From assembly GCA_041749335.1 (NCBI GenBank), contig JBGTBM010000007.1, positions 21,408-85,407 on the forward strand: 64,000 bases of DNA. Reading direction: 5' to 3'. Shown one piece after another: positions 9,435 through 18,695 of this stretch. A model generated the notes under the pieces. It had not been told where the DNA came from, did no database searches, and saw only the letters and a program-made list of their open reading frames with translations. This DNA is from Patescibacteria group bacterium (GTDB taxonomy: Bacteria > Patescibacteriota > JABMPQ01). A program made the translations under genes and the position numbers. Position 1 is the first letter of the stretch. Each line of letters begins with the position of its first letter.

Positions 9435-11864
9435 TTATATTGTGGCAAGAGAAGCTACCTCATCACCCGATTTTAAGCGCATCAAGCGAACTCCCTGCGT
9501 AGCGCGATTTAAATCCGGAATTTGATCAATCTCAATTCTGATCACTTGTCCCTTTTTTGAAATTATTATTACCTCATCTTCTTCAGTACCGACGACTTCG
9601 CCTTTAATTATTTCTCCATTTTTTGGGGTAATTTTAGCTGTCGTTATTCCCGTTCCGGCTCTTTTTTGAGCGCGATATTGAGTTAGTTCAGTTCGCTTTC
9701 CATATCCCTGGCGGGTAATTATCATTAGCTTGTCTTTTTTACGAGATTGGCTGATTACGCCCATACCGATAACCTGATCATTTTTCTTTTTAAATCTGAT
9801 CCCGGTTACTCCCGAAGCATTGCGTCCCATTGGTCGGACATCTTGCTCTTTAAACCTGATTGACATGCCTTGAGATGAAACTAAAATTATTTCATCCTGG
9901 CCGGTTGAAGGCTTAACCCATTTAAGCTCATCTCCCTTTTTTATTTTACAGGCGATTAGACCTGATTTTCTAACATTGGAGAGATCTTCAATTGATACTT
10001 TTTTAATTACTCCATTGATAGTTGCCATCACTAAAAATTTTGCACTTTTAATGTTGTCCAGAGGTACGATGGCGGTAGCTTTTTCTTCGGGAGAAAGCTG
10101 CAGAAAATTTACAATCGATTGACCCTTGGCTGTTCTGGTTGATTTGGGTATATCATATGCTTTTAATTGAAAAACTCTGCCGGTACTGGTAAAAAATAAA
10201 ATATCAGAATGAGTATTGGTAACAAAGAAATTTCGAACCATATCTTCCTCTTTTGTGACCATGCCGATTACGCCTTTGCCACCTCGAGCCTGTGATTTAT
10301 ATGTGTCAGGCGGAAGGCTTTTGATATAACCGCCCTTGGTAAGGGTGATCAATACGTCTTCTTTAGGAACTAAATCTTGCGGTGAAAAAGAATCAACCGG
10401 AGAAGCGATTACTTTTGTTTTGCGGGCATCGGCGTATTTTTCTTTAATTTCCAAGAGTTCGGTCTTAACCAAGGCCAGAATATTTTTAACGCTGCTTAAT
10501 AATTTTTCCAATTGTTTGATCAAAATTTTCTTTTCTTCTAATTCGTCCTCGATTTTTCTTCTTTCCAAGGCGGCCAATTGGGATAATTTCATTTCCAAAA
10601 TCGCTTCTGCTTGTCGATCGGTAAATTTGAATTTTTTAACTAAATTCTTATGTGCCTCTTCCTTATTTTTTGATTTTTTAATTAAAGCAATGATTTCATC
10701 GATGTGATCCAGCGCCTTTTTCAAACCTTCTAAAATATGAGCGCGCTCTTTGGCCTTATTAAGTTCAAATTGCGCTCGGCGGGTTACCACTACTTGGCGG
10801 TGCTTGATATACTGTTCCAAAATCATTTTAAGATTAAGAACCTTAGGTTGGATTCCATCTATCAGAGCTATCATATTGGAATGAAATTTATCCTGCAGCT
10901 GGGTTAGAGTAAATAATCTATTAAGCACTTTCTTGGGGAACGCATCTTTTTTAAGCTCAATCACCACTCTAATTCCATCTTTGTCTGATTCATCGCGCAA
11001 GTCTTTAATTCCTTCAATCTTTTTAGTTTTTACCAAATCAGCAATTTTTTCAATTAAAGTAGCTTTATTAACCTGAAAAGGAATTTCATTGATGATAATA
11101 TTAAAAGTGCCCTTTTTTTGCTCTTGAATTTCGGTTTTAGCCCGCATAACAATCCCGCCTTTGCCGGTGGCATATACTTGAGTAATGTCGTTTTTATTAA
11201 AAATTATTCCTCCGGTGGGGAAGTCCGGTCCTTTTATAAATTGCATTAAATCTTCTACGGTGCTTTTAGGCTTATCAATAAGAGTAATCGTGCCATCAAT
11301 TAATTCTCCCAAATTGTGCGGCGGTATATTGGTAGCCATGCCGACTGCGATTCCTACCGTTCCATTCAAAAGCAAGTTGGGAATTTTGGCAGGCATTACG
11401 ATCGGTTCTTTTTGAGTCTGATCAAAATTGTCCATGAAATCAATCGTGTCTTTATCGATATCAAAAAGCATTTCATCAGCGATTCGTTCCAGCTTAACCT
11501 CAGTATAGCGCATGGCTGCAGCCGGATCTCCATCAATGGATCCGAAATTTCCTTGGCCATTTATCAGCGTGTAGCGCAAAGAAAATTCTTGCGCCATTCG
11601 GACTAGCGATTCGTATACGGCCGCATCTCCATGGGGGTGATATTTACCCAAAACTTCACCGACTACGGTAGCCGATTTTCTAAATTTGGCATTGTGCCTC
11701 AATCCCAATGTCCACATGGCATAAAGAATTCTTCGATGGACCGGCTTTAGGCCATCCCTAACATCGGGGAGTGCACGCGACACAATTACACTCATAGCGT
11801 AATCCAAATAAGATTCCTGCATTTCTTCCACGATTGGACGAGGTTTTATGTATCCTATTTCCAT
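9435..11864 (-). CDS. gyrA: DNA gyrase subunit A
   Basis: [40 protein letters not shown], GyrA-box QARGGKG, beta-pinwheel repeats. Confidence 0.97.
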   Translation of the reverse strand: MEIGYIKPRPIVEEMQESYLDYAMSVIVSRALPDVRDGLKPVHRRILYAMWTLGLRHNAKFRKSATVVGEVLGKYHPHGDAAVYESLVRMAQEFSLRYTLINGQGNFGSIDGDPAAAMRYTEVKLERIADEMLFDIDKDTIDFMDNFDQTQKEPIVMPAKIPNLLLNGTVGIAVGMATNIPPHNLGELIDGTITLIDKPKSTVEDLMQFIKGPDFPTGGIIFNKNDITQVYATGKGGIVMRAKTEIQEQKKGTFNIIINEIPFQVNKATLIEKIADLVKTKKIEGIKDLRDESDKDGIRVVIELKKDAFPKKVLNRLFTLTQLQDKFHSNMIALIDGIQPKVLNLKMILEQYIKHRQVVVTRRAQFELNKAKERAHILEGLKKALDHIDEIIALIKKSKNKEEAHKNLVKKFKFTDRQAEAILEMKLSQLAALERRKIEDELEEKKILIKQLEKLLSSVKNILALVKTELLEIKEKYADARKTKVIASPVDSFSPQDLVPKEDVLITLTKGGYIKSLPPDTYKSQARGGKGVIGMVTKEEDMVRNFFVTNTHSDILFFTSTGRVFQLKAYDIPKSTRTAKGQSIVNFLQLSPEEKATAIVPLDNIKSAKFLVMATINGVIKKVSIEDLSNVRKSGLIACKIKKGDELKWVKPSTGQDEIILVSSQGMSIRFKEQDVRPMGRNASGVTGIRFKKKNDQVIGMGVISQSRKKDKLMIITRQGYGKRTELTQYRAQKRAGTGITTAKITPKNGEIIKGEVVGTEEDEVIIISKKGQVIRIEIDQIPDLNRATQGVRLMRLKSGDEVASLATI

Positions 11865-11885
11865 ATTGTTTTTAATTAAAAAAAA

Positions 11886-12263
11886 TTAATCTTTTTCTAG
11901 AGGCAATCTAATCATTTCGCGGTCTTCATCGCTACTAAAAATATCTTCGATAGAAGTTTCATTCTGCAGAGTGTCGTTTTGCTCATTTTGAATAATGCTT
12001 TCCAGGTTAAAATTTTCTTCAAAATTATCAAGAATTTTTAAACTATCCATATATTGGTCAAATTCTTGATTTTCTTCACTATTATAAAATTCATCTTTTA
12101 AACCCGTTAAGCTTTTTTGGCCTTCATTGTTTCCTAAATAATCTTTGGGAAATACCGTGATCCATAGAATAAAAATTATTACGGTGGAAGTACAAACAGA
12201 AATCCAGAGCAACCTCCTTTTTTCTTTAGGAGTTTTATTTTGTAATTTACTAAAAATTGGCAT
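11886..12263 (-). CDS. Hypothetical single-TM membrane protein
   Basis: One hydrophobic helix then acidic tail; overlaps upstream gene by 1 nt. Confidence 0.6.
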   Translation of the reverse strand: MPIFSKLQNKTPKEKRRLLWISVCTSTVIIFILWITVFPKDYLGNNEGQKSLTGLKDEFYNSEENQEFDQYMDSLKILDNFEENFNLESIIQNEQNDTLQNETSIEDIFSSDEDREMIRLPLEKD

Positions 12264-12904
12264 TAGCGTATATTTTCCAATAAGACAATTTTGGTATCTT
12301 CGCTGGGTAAATCTTTGTGCTTAATGGCCAACTTAGGCTCCGGTTTAATGTTTTCCTGGCCCATTTCAGACAAAAAGTCATTAACATTATTTAGTTTAGC
12401 CTTTAATCTTTTATCGTAAAAATGCATAGGAATAACGATGCGCGGACCAATCGCGCTTATAATATCCATCAGATGTTCAATTTTTAGAGTGTTGACCTCT
12501 CCTACGGGCGCTAAAAGAATATCTACGGCACCGATTCGTTCAATTTGTTTAGCGGATAATTCATGCCCTAAATCTCCCAAGTGGCAAATTTTTATTTTTT
12601 CTATTTCAAAAATATAGATAGTGTTTATCCCTAATTCTTCTCCCTCTTTGTTATCATGAAAAGAAGATATTCCTTTGACAAAAACGCCCTTGCGCTCATA
12701 TTCTCCCGGTCCGTCTATTATAAAGGGATCATCCTTAATACTTATAAGATTGTTATGGTTTTCGTGATTATGGCTAATAGTTACAATGTTAGCTTTGGTT
12801 TTTAATGGAGCAAGGCCGGAAGACTTACCGTACGGATCGGTGATTACGGTGATATCTTTAGATAGAAATTTAAAGCATGAAAGGCCGTACCAAAATAATT
12901 GCAT
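12263..12904 (-). CDS. MBL-fold metallo-hydrolase (Lactamase_B_3-like)
   Basis: W.G.SCF, ITDPY, SHNHENHN, HLGDLG, IPMHF. Confidence 0.9.
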   Translation of the reverse strand: MQLFWYGLSCFKFLSKDITVITDPYGKSSGLAPLKTKANIVTISHNHENHNNLISIKDDPFIIDGPGEYERKGVFVKGISSFHDNKEGEELGINTIYIFEIEKIKICHLGDLGHELSAKQIERIGAVDILLAPVGEVNTLKIEHLMDIISAIGPRIVIPMHFYDKRLKAKLNNVNDFLSEMGQENIKPEPKLAIKHKDLPSEDTKIVLLENIR

Positions 12905-13172
12905 AATTTTATATTATTTTCTGTATTAAAAATAAAAAATCAAGTAAGATTTCTTAATAATATTAGCATGAACCTTAAGTGAATACAAGTATGAAATTTC
13001 AGCTTTTTTGAATGCAAAATAACCGGCTTTGTCGAATAATGTTGTTTAAATATTAATACAACCGGGGGAGGGCAGATAAAAGCTCAAATTTTGAAAATAT
13101 TATTAAAGTATTGCAACAAATATAATATTGATATAGAATTGTTTCAAAACCATAGAAAGGAGTAACCAAAAA

Positions 13173-14504
13173 ATGGCTACTAAATTAGTTGAAAAAAACG
13201 AAAAACCCTCTGATTTGGGGGATTTGGTCGAATTAAAAACCGAAGAAATCAAAGAAGAGGAGCGGGCTGAAACAGATGAGTTTATTAATAAAGTAAAAGC
13301 CCAAAATATTCCCAAGGTTGGAGAAAAAATCGAGGGTAAGATTTTAGATTCCACTAAAAATGAAGTTTTTATTGATTTGGGTAATTTCGGAGTTGGTGTA
13401 GTGCGCGGCCGAGAGTTATGGGAAGCGTTGGACGTTTATCGGGAATTTAACACCGGTGAAGGTGTAGAGGCGGAAATTGTTGATATGGAAAACGAATTGG
13501 GTATGATGGAGCTGTCGTTCAAAAAGACTTCAAAAGAACAAGCCTGGAAAGAATTGAAAGAAAAGATGAATAAAGAAGAATTAGTAACTGTCAAAGTACA
13601 GGAAGTTAATAAGGGCGGTCTTTTGACAAGCCTATGCGGCATCCCAGCATTTTTGCCTGTTTCGCAGCTTTCTTCCGAGCATTATCCTAGAGTGGAAAAT
13701 GGCGATACCAGCAAGATATTAAATATTTTGCGGGAATTTATCGGACGAAAATTAGATGTAAAGATTATTACCGTTGATCAAAAGGAAAATAAGCTGATAC
13801 TGTCAGAAAAGAAAGTGGTCTTTGACGAGCAAAAGAAGCACATGAAGAAAATCAAGGTAGGTAAAATAGTTAACGGAACCGTATCTGGCGTAGTGGACTT
13901 TGGCGCTTTCGTTAAATTTGATAATTTGGAAGGCTTAGTACATATATCTGAACTTTCCTGGCAGCGCATTAATAATCCGGACGAAGTGGTAAAAATTGGA
14001 GATAGCGTTAAGGCGGAAGTGATCGGTATTGATGATACTAAGATCACCTTAAGCATGAAAAAATTGCAAAAAGATCCCTGGATTGAAGCGGTCAAAAAGT
14101 ATCAAGTCGGTGAAATTGTTGATGGCGAAGTAATTAAGACCGCACCTTACGGCGCCTTTATCCAGCTTGATAAAGATGTGCATGGATTAGCTCATGTTTC
14201 AGAATTATCAGAAAAGAAAGTGGAAAGAACGGAAAACGTAGTTAGTATCGGTGATAAGCATAAATTTAAGATTCTATCCATTGATCCGGAAGAACACCGT
14301 TTGGGATTAAGCCTCAAAGCGGCCAAGGATAAGAAGGTTGAAATGGCAGTGGAAGAAGTAAAAGAAGATGTAAAGGTTTCCAAAGAAAAGAAAGCAACTG
14401 CAAAAAGCGCAAAAGAAGCTAAAGAGAAGAAACCAGAAAAGAAAGCAAAAAAGAAAGTCAAACCGGCGAAGAAAAAAGCGGTGAAGAAAGAAGATAAGCA
14501 ATAA
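13173..14504 (+). CDS. rpsA: 30S ribosomal protein S1
   Basis: Four S1 domains (FGAFVKF..LEGLVHISELSW; YGAFIQL...VHGLAHVSEL) plus Lys/Ala-rich tail. Confidence 0.9.
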   Translation: MATKLVEKNEKPSDLGDLVELKTEEIKEEERAETDEFINKVKAQNIPKVGEKIEGKILDSTKNEVFIDLGNFGVGVVRGRELWEALDVYREFNTGEGVEAEIVDMENELGMMELSFKKTSKEQAWKELKEKMNKEELVTVKVQEVNKGGLLTSLCGIPAFLPVSQLSSEHYPRVENGDTSKILNILREFIGRKLDVKIITVDQKENKLILSEKKVVFDEQKKHMKKIKVGKIVNGTVSGVVDFGAFVKFDNLEGLVHISELSWQRINNPDEVVKIGDSVKAEVIGIDDTKITLSMKKLQKDPWIEAVKKYQVGEIVDGEVIKTAPYGAFIQLDKDVHGLAHVSELSEKKVERTENVVSIGDKHKFKILSIDPEEHRLGLSLKAAKDKKVEMAVEEVKEDVKVSKEKKATAKSAKEAKEKKPEKKAKKKVKPAKKKAVKKEDKQ

Positions 14505-14518
14505 TCGGATTAAATAAA

Positions 14519-14546
14519 AAAGACAGCCCAATACGGGCTGTCTTTT
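14519..14546 (+). terminator. rpsA intrinsic terminator
   Basis: aaagacagccc-aatac-gggctgtctttt. Confidence 0.85.
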
Positions 14547-14640
14547 CTTTTAATAAAGTCAATCATTAAAACAGAAAAAAAGCCAACGGTACTTTCCGAA
14601 TTTTCGGATTTCGCGCTGGCTTGCTGTTAAAATAATATAT

Positions 14641-15369
14641 TTAAGCAGCGACTACTATGCGTATTCTGCTTGTACTGATAGTATCCATCCAAATGGGTTT
14701 AAGATACCACATACCGCCACTAAGATGTGAGAGTCCATAGATCCGGATATATCCAGTCGATGTTTTCCATGCAGTTCCCACAAAGGCCAAAAAATATTTG
14801 CGCCATGACTTTGGGATTGAAACTCCACCATTTTGCGATATAAGGTTATTTTCCAAAAGCATGGCACAAGCGTGTCGTGCTCCCAGTAGGGTAACATCTG
14901 CTTTTTTTATATTTTGGTTTAAATGGTCAAAAGACAGCAAATCTCCTTCATTTTTAAAAGGGAACCAAAGTTTTGCACCTGGACTTGCGTGCTCATCTAC
15001 ATCTTGAATAAGCTCCCACCCTTTCTCTAGGGGCGGCTCCTTTTCTTGGATATGGTACATCCAACCATTTTCATCAATGATCTGAATCATCTGCATAAGA
15101 GACGCATATTTACTACCTTTGTGAGGAATTTTCCAACATGTAATAGGATAAGTTTCTTCAGGGGTGCGATGAATAACACCAAGGTGCTCGAGGAGATCGG
15201 CAACCGAATTTATTGCTATCTCCTTACGGTAATCTTCATCCTTATCTTTTCCCTCAATAATTTTAATAAGTTCATTGACTTTTTGATCACTTAGACAATG
15301 ACCCTGTGCGACTGACAATGGGAGTACACGTTCGAAAAGAGCTATAAGGCGAGAATTCTGATCTTGCAT
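14641..15369 (-). CDS. Hypothetical orphan protein (start reassigned to ATG 15369)
   Basis: AGGAGG at 15381-15376 sits 6 nt before ATG 15369; Trp-rich C-terminal region. Confidence 0.7.
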   Translation of the reverse strand: MQDQNSRLIALFERVLPLSVAQGHCLSDQKVNELIKIIEGKDKDEDYRKEIAINSVADLLEHLGVIHRTPEETYPITCWKIPHKGSKYASLMQMIQIIDENGWMYHIQEKEPPLEKGWELIQDVDEHASPGAKLWFPFKNEGDLLSFDHLNQNIKKADVTLLGARHACAMLLENNLISQNGGVSIPKSWRKYFLAFVGTAWKTSTGYIRIYGLSHLSGGMWYLKPIWMDTISTSRIRIVVAA

Positions 15370-15383
15370 TGTATTCCTCCTTT

Positions 15384-15467
15384 TTTCAAGGTACATGTCG
15401 AGTATGTATTGACATAAGCGACATTAAAAGATAGCATAAATATGTAAATAAGTCAATACAAATGTCG
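15384..15467. promoter_or_regulatory. Overlapping divergent sigma70 promoters, inverted-repeat operator and boxA-like motif
   Basis: + strand TTGACA(15409)-17-TAGCAT; - strand TTGACT(15456)-17-TATCTT with TGn; inverted repeats ATGTCG/CGACAT and TGTATTGAC/GTCAATACA; TGTACCTTGAAA on - strand at 15395-15384. Confidence 0.65.
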
Positions 15468-16247
15468 ACAGAAGACCGACAAAAAAAAATAACAGATATT
15501 TTAAATAAATTGAATTTATCTTCAAAAGAAATCGAAGTGTTATTAGCTTTACTAAAAAATGGTCGTTCTAGTGCATCTGATATTTCATATTTAATTATGA
15601 ATATTACACGTACTTCTATATATGATCAGCTTTATTCGCTTGAAAAAAAGGGATTTATTAGTACTGTGATTGAAAAAAGAAAAAAATTATATCAACCAGA
15701 AAATTTGGAACACATTGTTGAGAGTCTAGAACAAGATAAGCGTGAAATAGAACAAAAGCAAAAAGCATTACGTAGCGTATCAGATATATATGAACAGATG
15801 AAAAGCGGCACAGCTTATCGTCCAAGTGTTCGAACTTTTAAAGGTAAAAATGGTATTCTGGCAGTCCATCGTGAATTGCAAGATGCAAGAAAAAAATTAT
15901 ACGCAATCGGTGATCTAGCTGCAGTGATGCGTATTTTTCCCGATGTGCAAATAGAAGATAATTTAAAAGATTTTCAAACATATAAAATTTTACGTAAAAG
16001 TTTAATGGTTCATAATACATCAGGTGAAAAGTACCTTAAAGTCGCTCCACAAACCAATTTTCACAAAATTCGATGGTTACCAAAAGGTACGACCGTAAAT
16101 ACAGATACTTTGATTTGGGATGGACACGTGGCTATTATTGACTATATTGAGCCTATAAATGCAGTTGTTATTGATAATCCAACTATATATGATACTTTCA
16201 ATGATTGGTTTGAACTTATATGGAAATCCAGCGAGGATATAAACTAA
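15462..16247 (+). CDS. TrmB-family transcriptional regulator
   Basis: L.LS.KE..V.LALL..G..SAS.I....ITRTSIYD.L..LE.KGFI winged HTH plus C-terminal effector domain ending F..WFELIWK. Confidence 0.85.
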   Translation: MSTEDRQKKITDILNKLNLSSKEIEVLLALLKNGRSSASDISYLIMNITRTSIYDQLYSLEKKGFISTVIEKRKKLYQPENLEHIVESLEQDKREIEQKQKALRSVSDIYEQMKSGTAYRPSVRTFKGKNGILAVHRELQDARKKLYAIGDLAAVMRIFPDVQIEDNLKDFQTYKILRKSLMVHNTSGEKYLKVAPQTNFHKIRWLPKGTTVNTDTLIWDGHVAIIDYIEPINAVVIDNPTIYDTFNDWFELIWKSSEDIN

Positions 16248-16259
16248 TTTTTATAACAT

Positions 16260-16286
16260 AAGACAGCCTGATATGGGCTGTCTTTT
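16260..16286 (+). terminator. Intrinsic terminator, near-duplicate of the rpsA terminator
   Basis: aagacagcct-gatat-gggctgtctttt. Confidence 0.8.
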
Positions 16287-16356
16287 AGTTTATTTTAATT
16301 TGATTTTATCATGATAAAAATGGTATAATTGTATAAATTATCTTTGAATATTTTTT

Positions 16357-16911
16357 ATGCCAATAAAATTACCCGGTAAAAAGATAAACCTGCGTACTTT
16401 AAAAAAATCGGATGCCGATTCAATTTTTAAGTATATTAAAGACAGCCGGGTAGCGAAGTATTTAAATACACCGAATCCCTATAAATTAAAAGATGCCTAC
16501 GAATATATTAGAAAAACTGAAAGGGAATTGCGCAAGAAAGAATTATATAATTTTGGCATTGCCAGCAAGGATAATAATGAAATTATCGGGATGATAAGTC
16601 TAATGGATGTGGACTGGGAAAATAAAAAAGCCGAGATCGGCTACTGGCTGGCGAAGAAATATCAAGGCCGAAAGATTATGCCGGAAGCGATTAGCTTGAT
16701 ATTAAATTTTGGATTTAAAAAATTGAAACTACATAGAATTTATGCCAAAGTAATGCATTTTAATAAAAGATCAGCTAATCTTCTAGAAAAATTTGGTTTC
16801 AAATACGAAGGCAGATTGAGAAAAACCCACCATAGAAAAGGTAAGTGGCTGGATGAGCTAAGATATTCAATGTTAAAAAACGAATTTAAAATATATATTA
16901 ATAAAAAATAA
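16357..16911 (+). CDS. GNAT N-acetyltransferase, RimJ/RimL family
   Basis: AEIGYWL..KYQGRKIM.EA, LHRIYA, N.RS..LLEKFGF.YEG.LR. Confidence 0.92.
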   Translation: MPIKLPGKKINLRTLKKSDADSIFKYIKDSRVAKYLNTPNPYKLKDAYEYIRKTERELRKKELYNFGIASKDNNEIIGMISLMDVDWENKKAEIGYWLAKKYQGRKIMPEAISLILNFGFKKLKLHRIYAKVMHFNKRSANLLEKFGFKYEGRLRKTHHRKGKWLDELRYSMLKNEFKIYINKK

Positions 16912-16919
16912 CAAAAAAA

Positions 16920-17354
16920 ATGATCAATGAAATTAAAAATGAGCTTCAGAATCATAATGGAGAGTGGAGCGAGAAAAATGGCGTGCATGAATTCAAGGCT
17001 TTAATAGCGGAACGCAAGGCCTTTTTAAGTAAAAAGGAACTTAGTTATTCCGCCAGAGTAAAAATAGACGAGGCGGCAAAAATTGTTAAATTTTCAGAAA
17101 TGTTGATGGAAAAAGGATCCGGATTTTCCAGCGGCGGCGGATTTGATAGCGATATGTCAGTAGGCTTTGGCTTTAAAAAAGAAGTTTATAAAACTACGGG
17201 AGGAGCGCGCGAGGGATCAATTGAAGAGCAATACAATCTTTTCGGCAAAAAATATGAATACAAATTCGATTACAAAGAGATTCGAGCCAAAGTAGAGGGA
17301 ATAGCTCAAAAAGCAGGGTATCAGTTTGAATATCAGATATTGCCGGTAAAATAA
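16920..17354 (+). CDS. Hypothetical protein
   Basis: 144-aa ORF directly behind the GNAT gene; followed by terminator hairpin 17366-17395. Confidence 0.7.
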   Translation: MINEIKNELQNHNGEWSEKNGVHEFKALIAERKAFLSKKELSYSARVKIDEAAKIVKFSEMLMEKGSGFSSGGGFDSDMSVGFGFKKEVYKTTGGAREGSIEEQYNLFGKKYEYKFDYKEIRAKVEGIAQKAGYQFEYQILPVK

Positions 17355-17415
17355 ATAAATTTAATAAAAGCTCTTCGGTTCCGAGGGGCTTTTTTAATAT
17401 TAAAAATGATAAATA

Positions 17416-17472
17416 TTGACAAAATTATAAATTAATTATATTATTCAAACGCACTTTTATCATAGGAGGGAG
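17416..17472 (+). promoter_or_regulatory. sigma70 promoter, weak boxA-like motif and strong SD
   Basis: TTGACA(17416)-17-TATTAT(17439); CGCACTTTTATC at 17450; AGGAGGGAG at 17464. Confidence 0.7.
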
Positions 17473-17474
17473 CG

Positions 17475-17636
17475 TTGAAGCTATATAAATGTGAGAAATG
17501 TCTGGATACCGGCTGTAAATGCAGGTTGTTGGGATATAGCTGCGAAGGCTGCTGTACATGTAAAACTGGGGACTTAACCAGATTAAGATATAAAGGCAAG
17601 GTTTTCAAGAAAGAAAACAATAAGCAAAAAAATTAA
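17475..17636 (+). CDS. Small Cys-rich (metallothionein/Zn-finger-like) protein, 53 aa, absent from the ORF track
   Basis: TTG start after AGGAGG; MKLYKCEKCLDTGCKCRLLGYSCEGCCTCKTGDLTRLRYKGKVFKKENNKQKN; own promoter and terminator (17649-17675). Confidence 0.65.
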   Translation: MKLYKCEKCLDTGCKCRLLGYSCEGCCTCKTGDLTRLRYKGKVFKKENNKQKN

Positions 17637-17685
17637 TGCAAATGCAATACCGCCGTATCGATCTGGCGGTTTTTTCTTAAATTTT

Positions 17686-18663
17686 ATGAATATCAAAGAA
17701 AAATTTTTAAAAACAATCAAAGAGCAAAAATTAATTAAAAGGGGCGATAGCATAATTGTCGGGGTTTCGGGTGGCGCCGATTCAATTTGTTTATTGACTC
17801 TTTTGAATTTGATAAAAAAGGAATGGAAATTAAAGCTTGGCGCAGTCCATATTAACTATAAAACCAGGGGGGCGGATTCAGAAAAAGATCAAAAGCTGGT
17901 TGAAAAATATTGCCGGCAGCAAAAAATCAAATTAAATATTATAAATTACAAAAAAGACAAATATTCAAAAAATATTGAGGAGGAATTTCGGAATTTTCGC
18001 TATCAATATTTTGAAACTATGCGTAAAAAATTAAAAGCCGAGATAATCGCTGTCGCGCATAACCAAAATGACCAAGCGGAAACTATGCTGATGTTTTTTT
18101 TGCGAGGATCGGGATTGAGAGGCCTGTCTGGAATTAAATATATTCAAGGAAAAATAGTTAGGCCGCTATTGGATATTAGCAAAGAGGAAATCTATGATTA
18201 TTTACGTGGCAATCAAGTGAGATATCGGGAGGATCTATCCAATCTTGAGCTAAAATACACTCGCAATAAAATTAGGCACGTGCTCATTCCGCTATTGGCA
18301 GCAGAATATAATCCGAATATTATTAATACCCTGGATTTAAATAGGGGGATTATCGCGGATGAATACGAATTTATTAATCATTCCGCAAAAGTTTTATTTA
18401 AAGCTCTAACAAAATGCAGCCAAGATCAGATAACTATTAATTTAAATAAATTTTTTGCGCTTTATCGCTCGCTGCAAAGAGAATTGATTAGGCTGGTATT
18501 TATTAGGCTGAAAAAAAATATTGCCAATATCAGCGTATTAGATATTGAAGAAATGCTGCGTGTGATGAAAGAGGGCAGAGAAGGCGCGGAACGCGTTATA
18601 AAAGGATTGCGATTTAAGAAAAAAGATGGCAGTATGGTGGTATATAAAGTTAAAAATTTATAA
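17686..18663 (+). CDS. tilS: tRNA(Ile)-lysidine synthetase
   Basis: VGVSGGADS, AHNQNDQAET, RPLL, RNKIRH; adjacent to ftsH. Confidence 0.95.
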   Translation: MNIKEKFLKTIKEQKLIKRGDSIIVGVSGGADSICLLTLLNLIKKEWKLKLGAVHINYKTRGADSEKDQKLVEKYCRQQKIKLNIINYKKDKYSKNIEEEFRNFRYQYFETMRKKLKAEIIAVAHNQNDQAETMLMFFLRGSGLRGLSGIKYIQGKIVRPLLDISKEEIYDYLRGNQVRYREDLSNLELKYTRNKIRHVLIPLLAAEYNPNIINTLDLNRGIIADEYEFINHSAKVLFKALTKCSQDQITINLNKFFALYRSLQRELIRLVFIRLKKNIANISVLDIEEMLRVMKEGREGAERVIKGLRFKKKDGSMVVYKVKNL

Positions 18664-18695
18664 AAATTAATTAATCAGCTTAATAAGAATATATC

